Below, piece after piece: positions 9,800 to 21,553 of a stretch of 64,000 nt of DNA. The notes under the pieces were generated by a model that saw only the letters and a list, made by a program, of their open reading frames with translations, made no database searches and was not told the origin of the DNA. Origin of the DNA: a virus. The stretch lies in the IMG/VR virus record IMGVR_UViG_3300042923_000524, positions 73,948 to 137,947 of that record; one strand, given 5' to 3'. Each line of letters opens with the position of its first letter. Position 1 is the stretch's first letter. The position numbers were made by a program, and so were the translations under genes.

Positions 9800-11690
9800 T
9801 TGATTTTATAATTTTATATTAGTTATTTAATCATAACATGGATATACAGAATGTCAATAACAAATATAAAAGTGTACTTAAAAAATATGGTTTTAAATAT
9901 AGTGAATTTAAAGTGATTTTAAGACATTGAGATGATAAGGGGTGTTTTGGTATTGGGAATGGGTAAAGTTTTGTTATAGATTAAATTGGAATTCGGAGAG
10001 GGGATTTGGAAGATATATCTTTGGTAGGATTTATTATTAGTTTTGATTATGTAAGAAATATATGCATAGTGGAGTGCATGATAGATACATATGCATTGTA
10101 GACTGCATAATTAAAGAAGGTATTAAGTCAATTATATTTAGTTTTAAGACATTATTTATTTTAGTGGTGTATTTATATTATGTGAGTGGGAAGTTTTATT
10201 AGGGATTATTATATTAATTGGAGAAGGGATATCGTAATGGGAGAATTGGGTGGGAATTTGGTTATCGGTTTGTTGGGTGGTATGGTTTGGATTATTTGGG
10301 TTAAGTGTTGGAATTGCTCTGTTTGATGTTTTGGTATTGGGTTTGTTTACAGAATGTAGTCGGATTTATTGTGTAATTTCAATGGGTATAGGGTATTGTG
10401 GGTATTTTTTAATATTATTATTGTAAATACATGCCCCATTATTGGTAGAGATTGTAAGTTGTAGACGATAGTTTTGTCGATGTGGGATGGGTGGATTTTT
10501 GATTTTGTTTTGTAAAATTATACATTCGATTTCGTATTTTAGGTTGGGTGTGTTTGTTGATGTACTCATGTCCCCATCTGCTAAATGATAATTATTATTA
10601 ATGTAAACTATGCCCTACCTTATGAAGCTGCTTTATTGACCAATAGCAATAAATACCTTTCAACCATTGATATTACTATGTTTAAAGGTATTTATTACAT
10701 TGTAAAAACATATCCTATAATGATTATTATGTTGTATGTTATGCATTATGTAAGCTAATAAAGGGAATAATAGTACTATAGAAGGTTGTTTTACTCTGGT
10801 TTATTGGATGCTCTGAATGGTTACATATAATTGCAGAATATTGCATAGTTATAATGTAAAGTTCGCTTTACATAACAGCGGTTGTTACGTTGAAGTATTA
10901 GGTTAGTTACTTAACTAATTAACCACTGTATTAATACAATAATACAATATCAAATACATGCAAAATAATTTGCACTATAGCAAATATATTTGCACTATAA
11001 TTATATCATTACAATTAATCATCTATTGTCAACTAACTAAAACTACAAGTTAACAATTAAATCACTAACCTAATAATCTAATAGTATTGTTAACTACAAT
11101 CAAACAAAAGGTTAACAATCAATCATACAATAACCAATACAACCATATACATTAACCATAACTATATTATACATTAATTAATACTACTACACATAGTAAT
11201 CAATACTACATAATTGTATATAAATTACAAAACAATTCAAACTGCATCAAATACAACCTAATACATTATATCACATATTAAACTAATACAATATCATACA
11301 GTACCTATAAACATACTATGCTACACACTAATATTACATATCCTTTATACATCCACTGCATAACCAATCATACAATAACTAATATAAAACTCCACTCCAT
11401 CCAATACCCTTCAAACGCTCCAAAATGCCTTTAAACGAATTAAACCCTTTTAGCATACACTAACACTATTCTCCAAAAACAATAGCTTTCCTTATATTGC
11501 AATGCTTACAACATATACCATCATAAACCAGTAATAAGCTAATAAAATGCATAAAATAAATACATAAACTAATACCATTATTAAAACTCTATTATATAAT
11601 ATATAAAAAATATATTTACAAATACTAATATAAAACTATTGCAAATTAAAATAATAACTATATAATAGTATATAGAATCAATTATATAAG
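9800..11690. other. long non-coding region with G/T-rich to A/C-rich strand switch (origin or genome-end candidate)
   Basis: no credible ORF; G-rich to about 10560, C-rich from about 10920; IRs at 10648-10696 and 10854-10873. Confidence 0.6.
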
Positions 11691-11693
11691 GAG

Positions 11694-12185
11694 TTGTTAA
11701 CCATGACATATGAAGTCACCAGAAAACAAACAAACAATAATAAAACCTTTACAAATATAATTAATCAAGACCAACTAAACAACATAATCAAATATCCTTC
11801 AAGCCTTTACACAATAGAATCAATATCACCAATAGAAGAGAACAAAACAACCGAACATGAAACAATAGAGCCTGAAGAAATAAAAAAGAATGATGCACGT
11901 TTAACTGAACAACAAAAAGCAGTTAAGCAACTAATAAAAGACTTGAATCTTAAATATGATACCGTAATAAATACAACAACAAATATATACATCAATAAAA
12001 ATAGAAAAATAAAAAACATACAAGACATACTATATTACGCTCTACAATATAAAATAATCAGTATAGGCGAATATAGTAAAATAGGTGATTACATCTCAGT
12101 ATTTAGAAACGGAATACAAGGATTAGAACATATAAAAAGTAATGGGAAAATAAAAATAGAAATGTATAGAGAAGATGCTAAATAG
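11694..12185 (+). CDS. hypothetical protein
   Basis: 163-aa ORF, RBS. Confidence 0.7.
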   Translation: MLTMTYEVTRKQTNNNKTFTNIINQDQLNNIIKYPSSLYTIESISPIEENKTTEHETIEPEEIKKNDARLTEQQKAVKQLIKDLNLKYDTVINTTTNIYINKNRKIKNIQDILYYALQYKIISIGEYSKIGDYISVFRNGIQGLEHIKSNGKIKIEMYREDAK

Positions 12186-12306
12186 GCATCTTTTTCTCTT
12201 TGTATATCAAAATAGACATATTGACAATATACAAAACCATGATAATATTAATATAAGACATAATAAAATCAATATAAAATTATAGAAGGGAGGAAATAAT
12301 ACTAAT

Positions 12307-12465
12307 ATGAAATACGAATATAAAATCGAGTTTGAATCTCATAATGATAATATCATTGAAATAATACATAAAATTAATGATATATTATCATCCAAATTAA
12401 TAAACCAAATTACAAATATAAAACAGACATTTACAATATTAGATGATATTAAGGAAAATAAATAA
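12307..12465 (+). CDS. 52-aa hypothetical protein
   Basis: ATG after GGGAGG; read manually. Confidence 0.5.
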   Translation: MKYEYKIEFESHNDNIIEIIHKINDILSSKLINQITNIKQTFTILDDIKENK

Positions 12466-12820
12466 TCAATAGTAGTCTGCCGACGGCTTGACATTGGTCT
12501 GCTAAAGCATCCCAAGTCAAAATAATATTATTATCCTTTTACTTTATTATTTTAAACCTAATTTAAACCTAACAAACCAAACTAATATAAGGAGTTGATT
12601 ATTATATAAACCTTAACTAATAACATATATAAAATTGTACTAGAATGTAAGATAAGAGTTTAAACATCCTAAAAACCGACTTTAAACCTACTCTAACAAC
12701 TCATTTCAGCTTTTGAATAGGTATGCTGTATCATACCTTTAGGTTCGCTGTAGCATACCTATTGAGTAAAATTGACCTATAAAACACATAAAAACACTAA
12801 TAATTAAGGAGGAAATAACA

Positions 12821-13411
12821 ATAAAAAACAAAGAAAGTAAAACTAATAATAAACAATCTCCACTATATGAAATAGAAGATATAAAAGACGATGAGATTAT
12901 CAAAGTATTAATAAATCCAGAGTCAGGAGAAATTGAAGGTTATATCCGTAATGGAGATAGAATAATAAGAAGTGGCTCAATTAATGCATTCAATAAACAC
13001 AATGCTAATTATGAGGATAAAGATGACAGACATTTTACAAAGAATTATCATTCAGAGCTACAAAGAATTACTAAATTGAGACTCAATAAAAAACTATCAA
13101 TGGCAGCAGAACTATTATTCAGAACTTTAGGAGATTATTTAGACTTCTCTGGAGATAATATAATAAAAAACAACTCTGAAGCAATGGGAACAAAGACAAT
13201 AGGAGAAAATATTTTAGGTTATGGAAAAAGCCAGACAATAGCATTATTAAATGAACTAATAAATTTAAGTCTTATTGCAAAGGTTAAAAGAGGCAGAAAC
13301 GTTATATACATAATGAATCCTATTTACTATCATAGAGGAAAAATATTAAAAACAACTATTACAATATTCAAAATTAAGACAGATAATATTGATTGGGATA
13401 TAATAGAGTAA
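12821..13411 (+). CDS. RepL-like wHTH protein, probable ATA start
   Basis: frame open from ATA at 12821 behind AGGAGG; INPESGEIEGYI...; C-terminal IAKVKRGRNVIYIMNPIYYHRG. Confidence 0.55.
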   Translation: MKNKESKTNNKQSPLYEIEDIKDDEIIKVLINPESGEIEGYIRNGDRIIRSGSINAFNKHNANYEDKDDRHFTKNYHSELQRITKLRLNKKLSMAAELLFRTLGDYLDFSGDNIIKNNSEAMGTKTIGENILGYGKSQTIALLNELINLSLIAKVKRGRNVIYIMNPIYYHRGKILKTTITIFKIKTDNIDWDIIE

Positions 13412-13709
13412 ATACATAATTTAATATTTTCATCTAAAAGGCTCATAAAACAGCCTTTTTATTTTGCTTTAAACCGCCTAAAATCCATCCCTTAATAACC
13501 AAACTCCAAACACCACAAAACACGCTTAAAATCAATCCTAGTAGCTTACAAGGGCATATGTGATAAAAGATATAAAATTATAGTTAATAATCAGTATATA
13601 AACGACTACTAAAAATAAATATAAAATTATTGAACAAAACTATTGTAATTACATATAATATAGTATAAAATAAGAGATAATAAATATAAAATTTGAGGAA
13701 GTGTTATAA

Positions 13710-13940
13710 ATGGAAGAAACAAAATTTGAAACCGCTTTAAAAATCTGGATGGTAGAAAATGGATATATAAACAAAGGCTGGAGATTTAGCATAGAAAGTA
13801 AATCAGCAATAGGAAATTCTGATTTAGCTGAAGTGATATGCAAAGCATATGAACCAAGAAAAAGAAAACCTTTTTATATTACATTTAAATACAACTTTGT
13901 AAGGGAACAAATAAAAACAGATACGATTCAAGTTAATTAG
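13710..13940 (+). CDS. hypothetical protein
   Basis: own promoter, RBS and terminator. Confidence 0.65.
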   Translation: MEETKFETALKIWMVENGYINKGWRFSIESKSAIGNSDLAEVICKAYEPRKRKPFYITFKYNFVREQIKTDTIQVN

Positions 13941-14662
13941 AGGCAATATGCCTCTTTTTATTTCTCTTAATTCCTACTAAAACACTAAGATATAAATTAT
14001 ATCAATTAAATATATTACATATAAAAACTAAACAATTCAAACAATATACAAAAACACCTACAATTCAAATAAATAAATAATCCTGCCAAAATAATCATAA
14101 ACACCATAAAATAAAACCAGCCTATAAAATTGTATAATTTGTACCATAAAAACACTATGTATAAATCTGTATATTTATACACAGAAACAACCCAAATCCT
14201 GCATAAATATCCAGCCTTTTAAATGCGTTTTAAGACATTATTTTTATATTAGTCATACACTAATACCACCAACTTTTTATGCATCACAACCCATTGCAAT
14301 TACTACATTATACATTGACTGCATACGATTATTTACATCAAAATTTCCACAAAATCGTAAAAATATCCTAAATACTGTAAATTTTAGGGTATACCCTCAT
14401 AGGGTAGTAGGGTAAAATGTGCATATCATATGCATATTAATTTTATATATGTTTTTATATAATAGCCATCTAAATTGTATAAATTGTGAAAAATGTTTTA
14501 AAAACTCACACAATTTGATCCCATTTGGTGAACTTGGGACTTAGTATTTTTATTGATAGAAACATATAATAATAGATATAAAATTAATGTTTGACAATAA
14601 GAATATATCTATGTTAATATTAATATAATAAATCAAATATATTAATAAGGAGTTGTTACAAT

Positions 14663-14851
14663 ATGGTAAAGGAATTAATAAACTTTTTAAAAGAATCAAA
14701 CTTTAACTACTTAGAAATAAAACTAAATGAAGATACCACGAGAACAATAGACATAAAAACAAATTCAGAAACAACAATTAAAAAACACTTAAAAGAATAT
14801 ATAAATAAAAATTATAAGATAGAAAAGAAAACAATAAAAAGAGGTTTTTAA
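14663..14851 (+). CDS. hypothetical protein
   Basis: promoter, RBS, terminator. Confidence 0.65.
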   Translation: MVKELINFLKESNFNYLEIKLNEDTTRTIDIKTNSETTIKKHLKEYINKNYKIEKKTIKRGF

Positions 14852-14974
14852 CCTCTTTTTATTTTATCATAAATATATTGTTATATATTTAAATACACAT
14901 ATAAAATTAATTGTTGACATACATATAATAAAGGATTATACTATATAATATAATAAGTAATAAATCATAAGGAG

Positions 14975-15259
14975 TTGAATACTGTGACTAAATCTAAAAC
15001 ACCTACATACACAAAGAATGCTTTAAAAATATCAGAGTTAGCAATAAATTTAACTTCAATTGCTGAAGACGATAAAAAGCAAATTAATGAATATACTTTA
15101 CAAGAAGTATTAAATGAAGCAAAATATATATTAAGTTGCTACAATGAATCAGGACATATGTTAAATGAAGATTTAGATTCAGACGATATTGAAACAAGAA
15201 AACAGGCACAAAAACAAGTTAACCAGTTAAAAAAATATATCATCAAATATAATAAATAG
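14975..15259 (+). CDS. hypothetical protein
   Basis: promoter, RBS. Confidence 0.65.
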   Translation: MNTVTKSKTPTYTKNALKISELAINLTSIAEDDKKQINEYTLQEVLNEAKYILSCYNESGHMLNEDLDSDDIETRKQAQKQVNQLKKYIIKYNK

Positions 15260-15271
15260 GAGATGTATTAA

Positions 15272-15469
15272 ATGAAAAAAATAGAATATGAAGCGTTAGG
15301 ATGGACTAAGAAAGGTATTGTTTATAGAAAAGGTAATATTAAAGTAAGGCATGCAGCAAAATTAAACGAAGCAAACGGAAAAAGAACCGATTATATAAAA
15401 GTAGAAATTGACGGAAAATTGATAGATAATAATTATAAAACATTAAACGAAGCATTACAGAAATTATAA
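15272..15469 (+). CDS. hypothetical protein
   Basis: RBS, terminator. Confidence 0.65.
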   Translation: MKKIEYEALGWTKKGIVYRKGNIKVRHAAKLNEANGKRTDYIKVEIDGKLIDNNYKTLNEALQKL

Positions 15470-15560
15470 GAGCTTGAAAAATAGCTCTTTTTCTTTTCTC
15501 AATCTTTCAACCAATTCTGTAATTTGAGGACATTTAAAATTTTAGAAATATATCATAATG

Positions 15561-15605
15561 AATATAAAATTATATATTGACATATAATTATAATGGGTTT
15601 ATAAT
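15561..15605 (+). promoter_or_regulatory. consensus sigma-A promoter with upstream AATATAAAA box (type example of at least 12 similar units)
   Basis: AATATAAAA at 15561, TTGACA 15577-15582, 17 bp spacer, TATAAT 15600-15605. Confidence 0.8.
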
Positions 15606-15624
15606 TAAAGAAAATACAAATTAA

Positions 15625-15891
15625 TTGGAGGTTTTAAACATGACTAAAAAAGAATTATATATGAATAGAATCAATCATGCAATAATTACAAAGTATGACA
15701 TTGAATTAGTTATTTTTACTGAAGGTCAAAGACATCCAGACTGTTATTACAAAGATATAGAAACTAATAGATGTTATGAAGAAACAGGAACAAAGAATTT
15801 AAAAAGTCAATTTGAGATTGTAAAAAGAAGAATCAAAAATGCTGATTTTGAAAATACAATGAAAACTTGTCAAATACCTGAAGCCGAATAA
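15625..15891 (+). CDS. hypothetical protein
   Basis: RBS. Confidence 0.65.
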   Translation: MEVLNMTKKELYMNRINHAIITKYDIELVIFTEGQRHPDCYYKDIETNRCYEETGTKNLKSQFEIVKRRIKNADFENTMKTCQIPEAE

Positions 15892-15909
15892 AAATAAAAG
15901 GAGAAAATA

Positions 15910-16113
15910 ATGGATTGGATTTTATCAATAGTATCTATGGTAATGCTTTGGATGATGGGCAATAAAAATAAGTATGCTCCATTTATAGGGATAATTGCAC
16001 AAGTGCTATGGATATATTATGCAATATCATTAAAACAATATGGATTATTAGTTGGAACTATTGGATATTTAGTTATACATATTAGAAATGCTGTAAAATG
16101 GCAAAAGAATTAA
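15910..16113 (+). CDS. small membrane protein (PnuC-like phage family)
   Basis: MDWILSIVSMVMLWMMGNKNKYAPFIGIIAQVLW...YGL...W. Confidence 0.55.
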   Translation: MDWILSIVSMVMLWMMGNKNKYAPFIGIIAQVLWIYYAISLKQYGLLVGTIGYLVIHIRNAVKWQKN

Positions 16114-16407
16114 TTTGACCATAAAATAACAATTTCAAAGACTATTATAAAGCCTTTTGGATGCCCTCCAGAGGCTTTAATTTTATCTATGAATAAACAT
16201 AATAGCATTATAGCAGTATTATATATTATAATATCTGGATGCCTTAAAAACGATTTAAAAGCCTTGAAATTGTAGTAAAGTTATATTTATTGAGATGGCA
16301 GCAACGTATATTTTAATAATTTTAAATTAAATAATGAATATAAAATTTAGTTATTGACTATAATAATATTGATATGATATAATTAAATTAATACATATTA
16401 AAAAGGA

Positions 16408-17094
16408 GTGATTACCATGACAAGTAAAGATATAAAAGAAATAGTAGAAGTATGGAAGGCTCAACCAATAGAAAGATTTAGAGATAATGTAGAAAGTTAT
16501 ACAAGAGCAATAAAAAGACATGAAAACGAGATACAAGAAATATTATTAAAAATGCAACAATTAGATGTTAATCATAAATATTATATTGATAAAATGAAGA
16601 ATATGAATAGTGACATTAAAACAGCATTAGGATTTTTAAAAGAAGACAAAGCACTTGTTGAAGCATCGCAACCAGAGCTTGAAAAAGCAGAAAATGAAAT
16701 AAAAATACTTGAAGAGTCAAAGAAACCTCAATTTGAAGTATTAAAAAACTTTGTAGAGCAATGGAAAACTGAAGCTATAAATTATTATTTAGAACTTCTT
16801 AAAAATGGCTATGATGGCAAAGACGATTATATAATAGACTTATTACAAAGAGGAGAAAAATATATAATAAATCTTTACACAATAGAAGCTAAAGCAAGGC
16901 TAGTAAATATGATAACATTGATAAAAGAAAAGACTGGCGAAGTAATATCTTGTAATTTATACGGAAGTGGAAACAATCAAAAGTTTGGTTTTGAGGGAAC
17001 AGTAACAGGAGAAAAGAAAACAGTAAGAGTCGAAGCAATTTTAGCAGGTGGATGGAATATTCAAAAACTACATGTAAGACTATTAATAAATTAA
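16408..17094 (+). CDS. hypothetical phage protein with coiled coil
   Basis: 228-aa ORF with promoter, RBS and terminator. Confidence 0.7.
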   Translation: MITMTSKDIKEIVEVWKAQPIERFRDNVESYTRAIKRHENEIQEILLKMQQLDVNHKYYIDKMKNMNSDIKTALGFLKEDKALVEASQPELEKAENEIKILEESKKPQFEVLKNFVEQWKTEAINYYLELLKNGYDGKDDYIIDLLQRGEKYIINLYTIEAKARLVNMITLIKEKTGEVISCNLYGSGNNQKFGFEGTVTGEKKTVRVEAILAGGWNIQKLHVRLLIN

Positions 17095-17176
17095 AGAGTT
17101 AGAAATAACTCTTTTTTCTTTTAATAAGAATGAATATAAAAATTATATTTGACAATACTATTGTTAGCGTGTTAAA

Positions 17177-17368
17177 ATGAGTTATAATCTAAATTTAAGG
17201 AGTGAGTATTTTATGAGTATGTATATAATAGAAGTTAACGAAGACGGCGAAAATATGCAATATGAGTATGGCAGCAAGGCACATGCTGAAGAGCATTATA
17301 ATTTTGAAGCACATTGTACAATGTATGAATATATAGATGGTAAACATTATTACATGAAATCTAAGTAA
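17177..17368 (+). CDS. hypothetical protein
   Basis: likely start MSMYII. Confidence 0.55.
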   Translation: MSYNLNLRSEYFMSMYIIEVNEDGENMQYEYGSKAHAEEHYNFEAHCTMYEYIDGKHYYMKSK

Positions 17369-17491
17369 ATATGATTATAAAATAGGCTGAATAAAGCCTA
17401 TTTTTTTTATGTATTGACTTCCTATAAACTCATGTTACAATTAAAGAGAATACATAACACATATAAAATTAATAAAGGAGGAAACGAATTA

Positions 17492-18367
17492 TTGAATGTA
17501 TTATCATTATTTGATGGAGGCTCATGCGGTCAAGTAGCATTACAGAGGGCAAATATAAAAGTAGAAAAATATTATGCTAGTGAAATAAATCCAAATAGCG
17601 TAAAAGTAACACAAAAGAATTACCCTAATACAATACAGCTTGGAGATGTAACACAACTAAACAAAGAAAAATTATTAAATTTAGGTAAAATTGATTTATT
17701 AATTGGTGGTAGTCCCTGCGAAGATTTAACAATAACCGCAATTGATAGAAAAGATATTAACAAAGGTTTAGAAGGTAAAAAGTCAAAGTTGTTTTATAAT
17801 TATGTGGATGCTCTTAATATTATTAAACCTAAATACTTTTTACTTGAAAATGTTGCAAGTATGACAAAAGAAAATATAGATATAATATCTAGTGAATTAG
17901 GAGTAAAACCAATATTAATAAATAGTAATTTAGTATCGGCTCAGGATAGGGAAAGACTTTACTGGACTAATATTACAGGTATTGCACAGCCAAAAAATAA
18001 AGAAATTTTATTAAAACACGTCTTGCAGCGAGATGTAGAAGAAAAATTTTACTACAATAAACCCTTTGAATTTTATGGATTAGATAAAAAAGTATGTGCG
18101 AAATTGTTAGTAAATTCTCATGATTTAGTTAAAAGAGTTTATAATCCAGATTTTAAATGTGCAACATTAACAGCTGTACAAGGTGGATATCAAGAGAAAA
18201 AAGTTTATATAAATAGTAGAGTTAGAAAATTAACACCAATAGAATATGAAAGACTTCAGACTTTACCAGATAATTATACATATGGAGTTAGCAATACAGC
18301 ACGCTATAGTATTTGTGGAGATGGTTGGACAGTTGATATAATAGCACATATTTTTAAAAATATATAA
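17492..18367 (+). CDS. DNA cytosine-5 methyltransferase
   Basis: LSLFDGGSCG (I), GGSPC (IV), LENV (VI), QDRERLY (VIII); TTG start at 17492 behind AGGAGG (track start 17414). Confidence 0.9.
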   Translation: MNVLSLFDGGSCGQVALQRANIKVEKYYASEINPNSVKVTQKNYPNTIQLGDVTQLNKEKLLNLGKIDLLIGGSPCEDLTITAIDRKDINKGLEGKKSKLFYNYVDALNIIKPKYFLLENVASMTKENIDIISSELGVKPILINSNLVSAQDRERLYWTNITGIAQPKNKEILLKHVLQRDVEEKFYYNKPFEFYGLDKKVCAKLLVNSHDLVKRVYNPDFKCATLTAVQGGYQEKKVYINSRVRKLTPIEYERLQTLPDNYTYGVSNTARYSICGDGWTVDIIAHIFKNI

Positions 18368-18459
18368 TGACTTATATAAAATTATCAATAGTTATTGACA
18401 TATAAAACGTTGTAGTATAATATAATATATAAGATACTACATAAAAAAGGAGTGAAGTC

Positions 18460-18687
18460 ATGAAGATATATTATACATTAAACTCCGAAGAACTTGGAGA
18501 AGAAGCAAAGAAAGAAACATTAATAAATATTTATAATGAATGGCTGAGATATAAGAAAGATGATAAAGAAACGGGAGACAAGAAGACATATTATTTTATT
18601 AAACATGAAATAGAAAACAATGTTGATAATACAACAGAAGGAAAAGTTTATAAAAGAGGTAATCAAATTTATTTTAAATCAATATAA
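18460..18687 (+). CDS. hypothetical protein
   Basis: promoter, RBS. Confidence 0.6.
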   Translation: MKIYYTLNSEELGEEAKKETLINIYNEWLRYKKDDKETGDKKTYYFIKHEIENNVDNTTEGKVYKRGNQIYFKSI

Positions 18688-19114
18688 TATTAAGGAGTTG
18701 TTATAATTGGCTATTATGACAGATAAAGAATTACAAAATATAGCAAGTGATTTATTTCGTAAATATTGGAATATGGATTTAACTATTTCTGTTTCGGTTA
18801 ATCCTAAAATGTATAAATGGTCTGCAAGATGTTACCCTATGACAGTTGGGAAACATTAATAAATAGAGGATATAAGAAAAGAATTTAGCAGTTTATTAAT
18901 TGCAGCCGAAAGGCTGTTTTTAATTTCACGACAAAACACTTCTTTCATGGTCATTACTGGAGCAGATTATTTTTAAAAATCATGTATCAACTTTAAACTA
19001 AAAGCATATAATAAATTAACCAAATACAAATATAAAACTTTTAAAATATTTGTTGACAGAAATTTCTAGCATATGTTATAATGAATTATCGAATAAATTA
19101 TAGAAGGTGAAATC

Positions 19115-19348
19115 ATGAAACAATATAGAACATCATATAAAAAAGTTAATGACTTATGCAACTTATTAGAGTATAGACTTGTAAAACATGAATGGTTAGG
19201 GAAAACAGATTATTTTTATAATTACTCTCTTGTAAAAGATGAAAACGGACGTTATAAAGAAACAATTCTAAAAACAACTAGCTTGAAAAATGTTTATGAA
19301 TGGTTATTAGAAAATGGAATCAATTATAATAATGGCATAAAATATTAA
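19115..19348 (+). CDS. hypothetical protein
   Basis: promoter, RBS. Confidence 0.65.
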   Translation: MKQYRTSYKKVNDLCNLLEYRLVKHEWLGKTDYFYNYSLVKDENGRYKETILKTTSLKNVYEWLLENGINYNNGIKY

Positions 19349-19350
19349 AT

Positions 19351-19419
19351 CTCGACTATGCGAGTATAAACAGACTTTAAGCATAGAGCGTTAACAGGTT
19401 TAACAGCCTGTTAGGTAGT
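19351..19419 (+). ncRNA. pistol self-cleaving ribozyme
   Basis: P1 ctcg/cgag, pseudoknot ctatg/catag, UAUAAACAG linker, P2 act/agt, UUAAGC, GCG, P3 ttaacagg/cctgttag, GU cleavage dinucleotide. Confidence 0.85.
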
Positions 19420-19778
19420 AATAAATAATAAATTAATAGGAGTGATTTATCAATGCCAAGTAAAACAGTAAGAGAAACGGAATATAATAAAACAATCCAA
19501 TATAAAGACGGACAAATGACATATTGTATCAACTATAGAAAAGAATTTCATAAATCATTTATAAATGGTTTTAGATGGGTAGAATGTTAATTCAATAAAA
19601 TCCAAATTTGGTCATCATGTAAAAATTTAGGAGGTGCGTATAATGTGTAGAATCTGTGGAGCAGAAACAAAAGAAACTATTTGTAAAGAGTGTCAAAAAG
19701 AATTAATCAAAGAAAACTATAACAAAACTTTTATTAAAATATCAAAATAAAAATATAAAATTATAGGAGAGTGTAAAA

Positions 19779-19991
19779 ATGAGCAATTACAATTTAAATA
19801 GCAAACAAGTAGCCTTAATTATACAATCCCTTTTAAATGATGCCTGTTTTTATGAATGTGATAATAAAGAATATGAAAAGACAGTTAAAAAAGAAGGGCA
19901 CGAACTAATTAACTTTTTATTAGAACAACACAATAAACAAGAATCAGAAACATTAAAACACTATAATAATTATGTTGAAGGAGTGAATTAA
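19779..19991 (+). CDS. hypothetical protein
   Basis: RBS. Confidence 0.6.
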   Translation: MSNYNLNSKQVALIIQSLLNDACFYECDNKEYEKTVKKEGHELINFLLEQHNKQESETLKHYNNYVEGVN

Positions 19992-20363
19992 AAATGAAAG
20001 ATTTATTTGAAAAATTAGAATATGCAAAAAAGGCGGTATTAAGAACATTAGAAAAAGAAAGTTGTTCAGTTGATTTTCATGGTTTATCATATTGGGCAAA
20101 TGAAGTAGAGCGTTTACGCAATGAAATTAAAAAGATATTATAATATTAAGAGAAGCCTGTAAAAAGGCTTTTTCTTTTATCTAATATCCAGACCAAATAG
20201 ATGTTTTATTGTCATATAATGTCGATAAGTTTTATAATAATTAATATAAAATTGAGCAAAATAATGTTGACAGATTAAAAACACGTATGTTATAATTAGT
20301 TATACCAATTAATTAGAAATTCAATAATAACAAATAACAAATAACAAATATAAAATATAAGGA

Positions 20364-21044
20364 GTGGAAATTATGAAAAAAACATTATATTTTGAAGGTG
20401 CAGGATGGTCGGGAGCAGATATAAGCCAAAGAACAATAGGAAATTGCAGAATAAGAACAGGATTCACAAACAACGAAGGAAGAAAAATCTATTTAGAAAT
20501 TACTGGTTATGAAAAATCAGCCAATGATAAAAAGATTGACAGATATTCAGAATATCAAGTTGGAGAAGCAATTGGATTTGTAGATTATTGTTTTTATATT
20601 GATACAGAATCAAAAGACCCTTGCAACGAATGCAGAATAAAAGACATAGAACATAATGCAAAATTTGCTTATACAAAAGAAGGTATAACAGAGTTTATTA
20701 ATAAAAATCTGAAGTGCAGCTTTGAAACTATCGAAGTATTGCCAGATTTAGGAGGTTACAGAGTACACGGAGATAACAAAACATATAGCATGATGGAAGA
20801 CTACAATCATAATTCAGAACTAATTAAGACAAGAGAAGAAGTTTACAATCATTTTTACGGACTTGAAAAATCAGAAGGTAAACAATATCCAAACTTCTCT
20901 TTATGGGTAGATGATAAAGACATTCACTTATTACACTTGTTAAGACATTTTAATGGTTATAATAAGCATTGGTCAATTCATACCGATATAGAAAACTGGA
21001 AAGAAACAATAACAGAAACCAAGTTGGGAAAATATGCCTGTTAG
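20364..21044 (+). CDS. hypothetical phage protein
   Basis: 226-aa ORF, promoter, RBS. Confidence 0.75.
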   Translation: MEIMKKTLYFEGAGWSGADISQRTIGNCRIRTGFTNNEGRKIYLEITGYEKSANDKKIDRYSEYQVGEAIGFVDYCFYIDTESKDPCNECRIKDIEHNAKFAYTKEGITEFINKNLKCSFETIEVLPDLGGYRVHGDNKTYSMMEDYNHNSELIKTREEVYNHFYGLEKSEGKQYPNFSLWVDDKDIHLLHLLRHFNGYNKHWSIHTDIENWKETITETKLGKYAC

Positions 21045-21149
21045 TTAATTATTTACTGTTAGAGTACACTATAACAAATATAAAACTATAGTGTACTCCA
21101 TAGAGTAAATAAAACTCTAAAAAATATAATAACAGGAGCGTGTTTATAT

Positions 21150-21551
21150 ATGATAAAAACATTTAAGAAAGAATTAAATAGCCACGATTACAATGAAATA
21201 AGAATAATTAATTTAGAATCTGGAGAATTTACACACTATTTTCAGGATAAAAATATAGGCTTTATATTTTCAGATTATACAACAACAGTATTTGAAATGG
21301 GCTATAAATCAGTTAAAGAATGCATTAAAGAACTAAGAAGCCGAGGTTTATTAGGTCAAGAAGTTGATTACAAAGAACAAAAAGAATCTGAAAGAATCGG
21401 TTATATTAAATTAGGCGTAGAGCGCATTAAAAGAGCAGGAAGAGTAAATACAAATGATTTTGAAGATGTAATAACAAAGCTATCAAAATATGGTATGGGA
21501 TTCTGTGATGCTCAAAATGTAATAACAGAAACATATTTATATCAAGCATAG
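21150..21551 (+). CDS. hypothetical protein
   Basis: RBS. Confidence 0.7.
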   Translation: MIKTFKKELNSHDYNEIRIINLESGEFTHYFQDKNIGFIFSDYTTTVFEMGYKSVKECIKELRSRGLLGQEVDYKEQKESERIGYIKLGVERIKRAGRVNTNDFEDVITKLSKYGMGFCDAQNVITETYLYQA

Positions 21552-21553
21552 CA

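Noticed and set aside
10366-10569. Minus-strand 67-aa ORF in the skewed region
   Set aside because: No RBS; composition reflects strand skew
12470-12535. GC-richer hairpin (ggcttg...caagtc) as another ribozyme
   Set aside because: No twister, pistol or hammerhead core could be fitted
18716-18859. Short ORF MTDKELQNIASDLFRKYW... as a SprT-like remnant
   Set aside because: Only 47 aa with no HExxH; the resemblance is too weak to call
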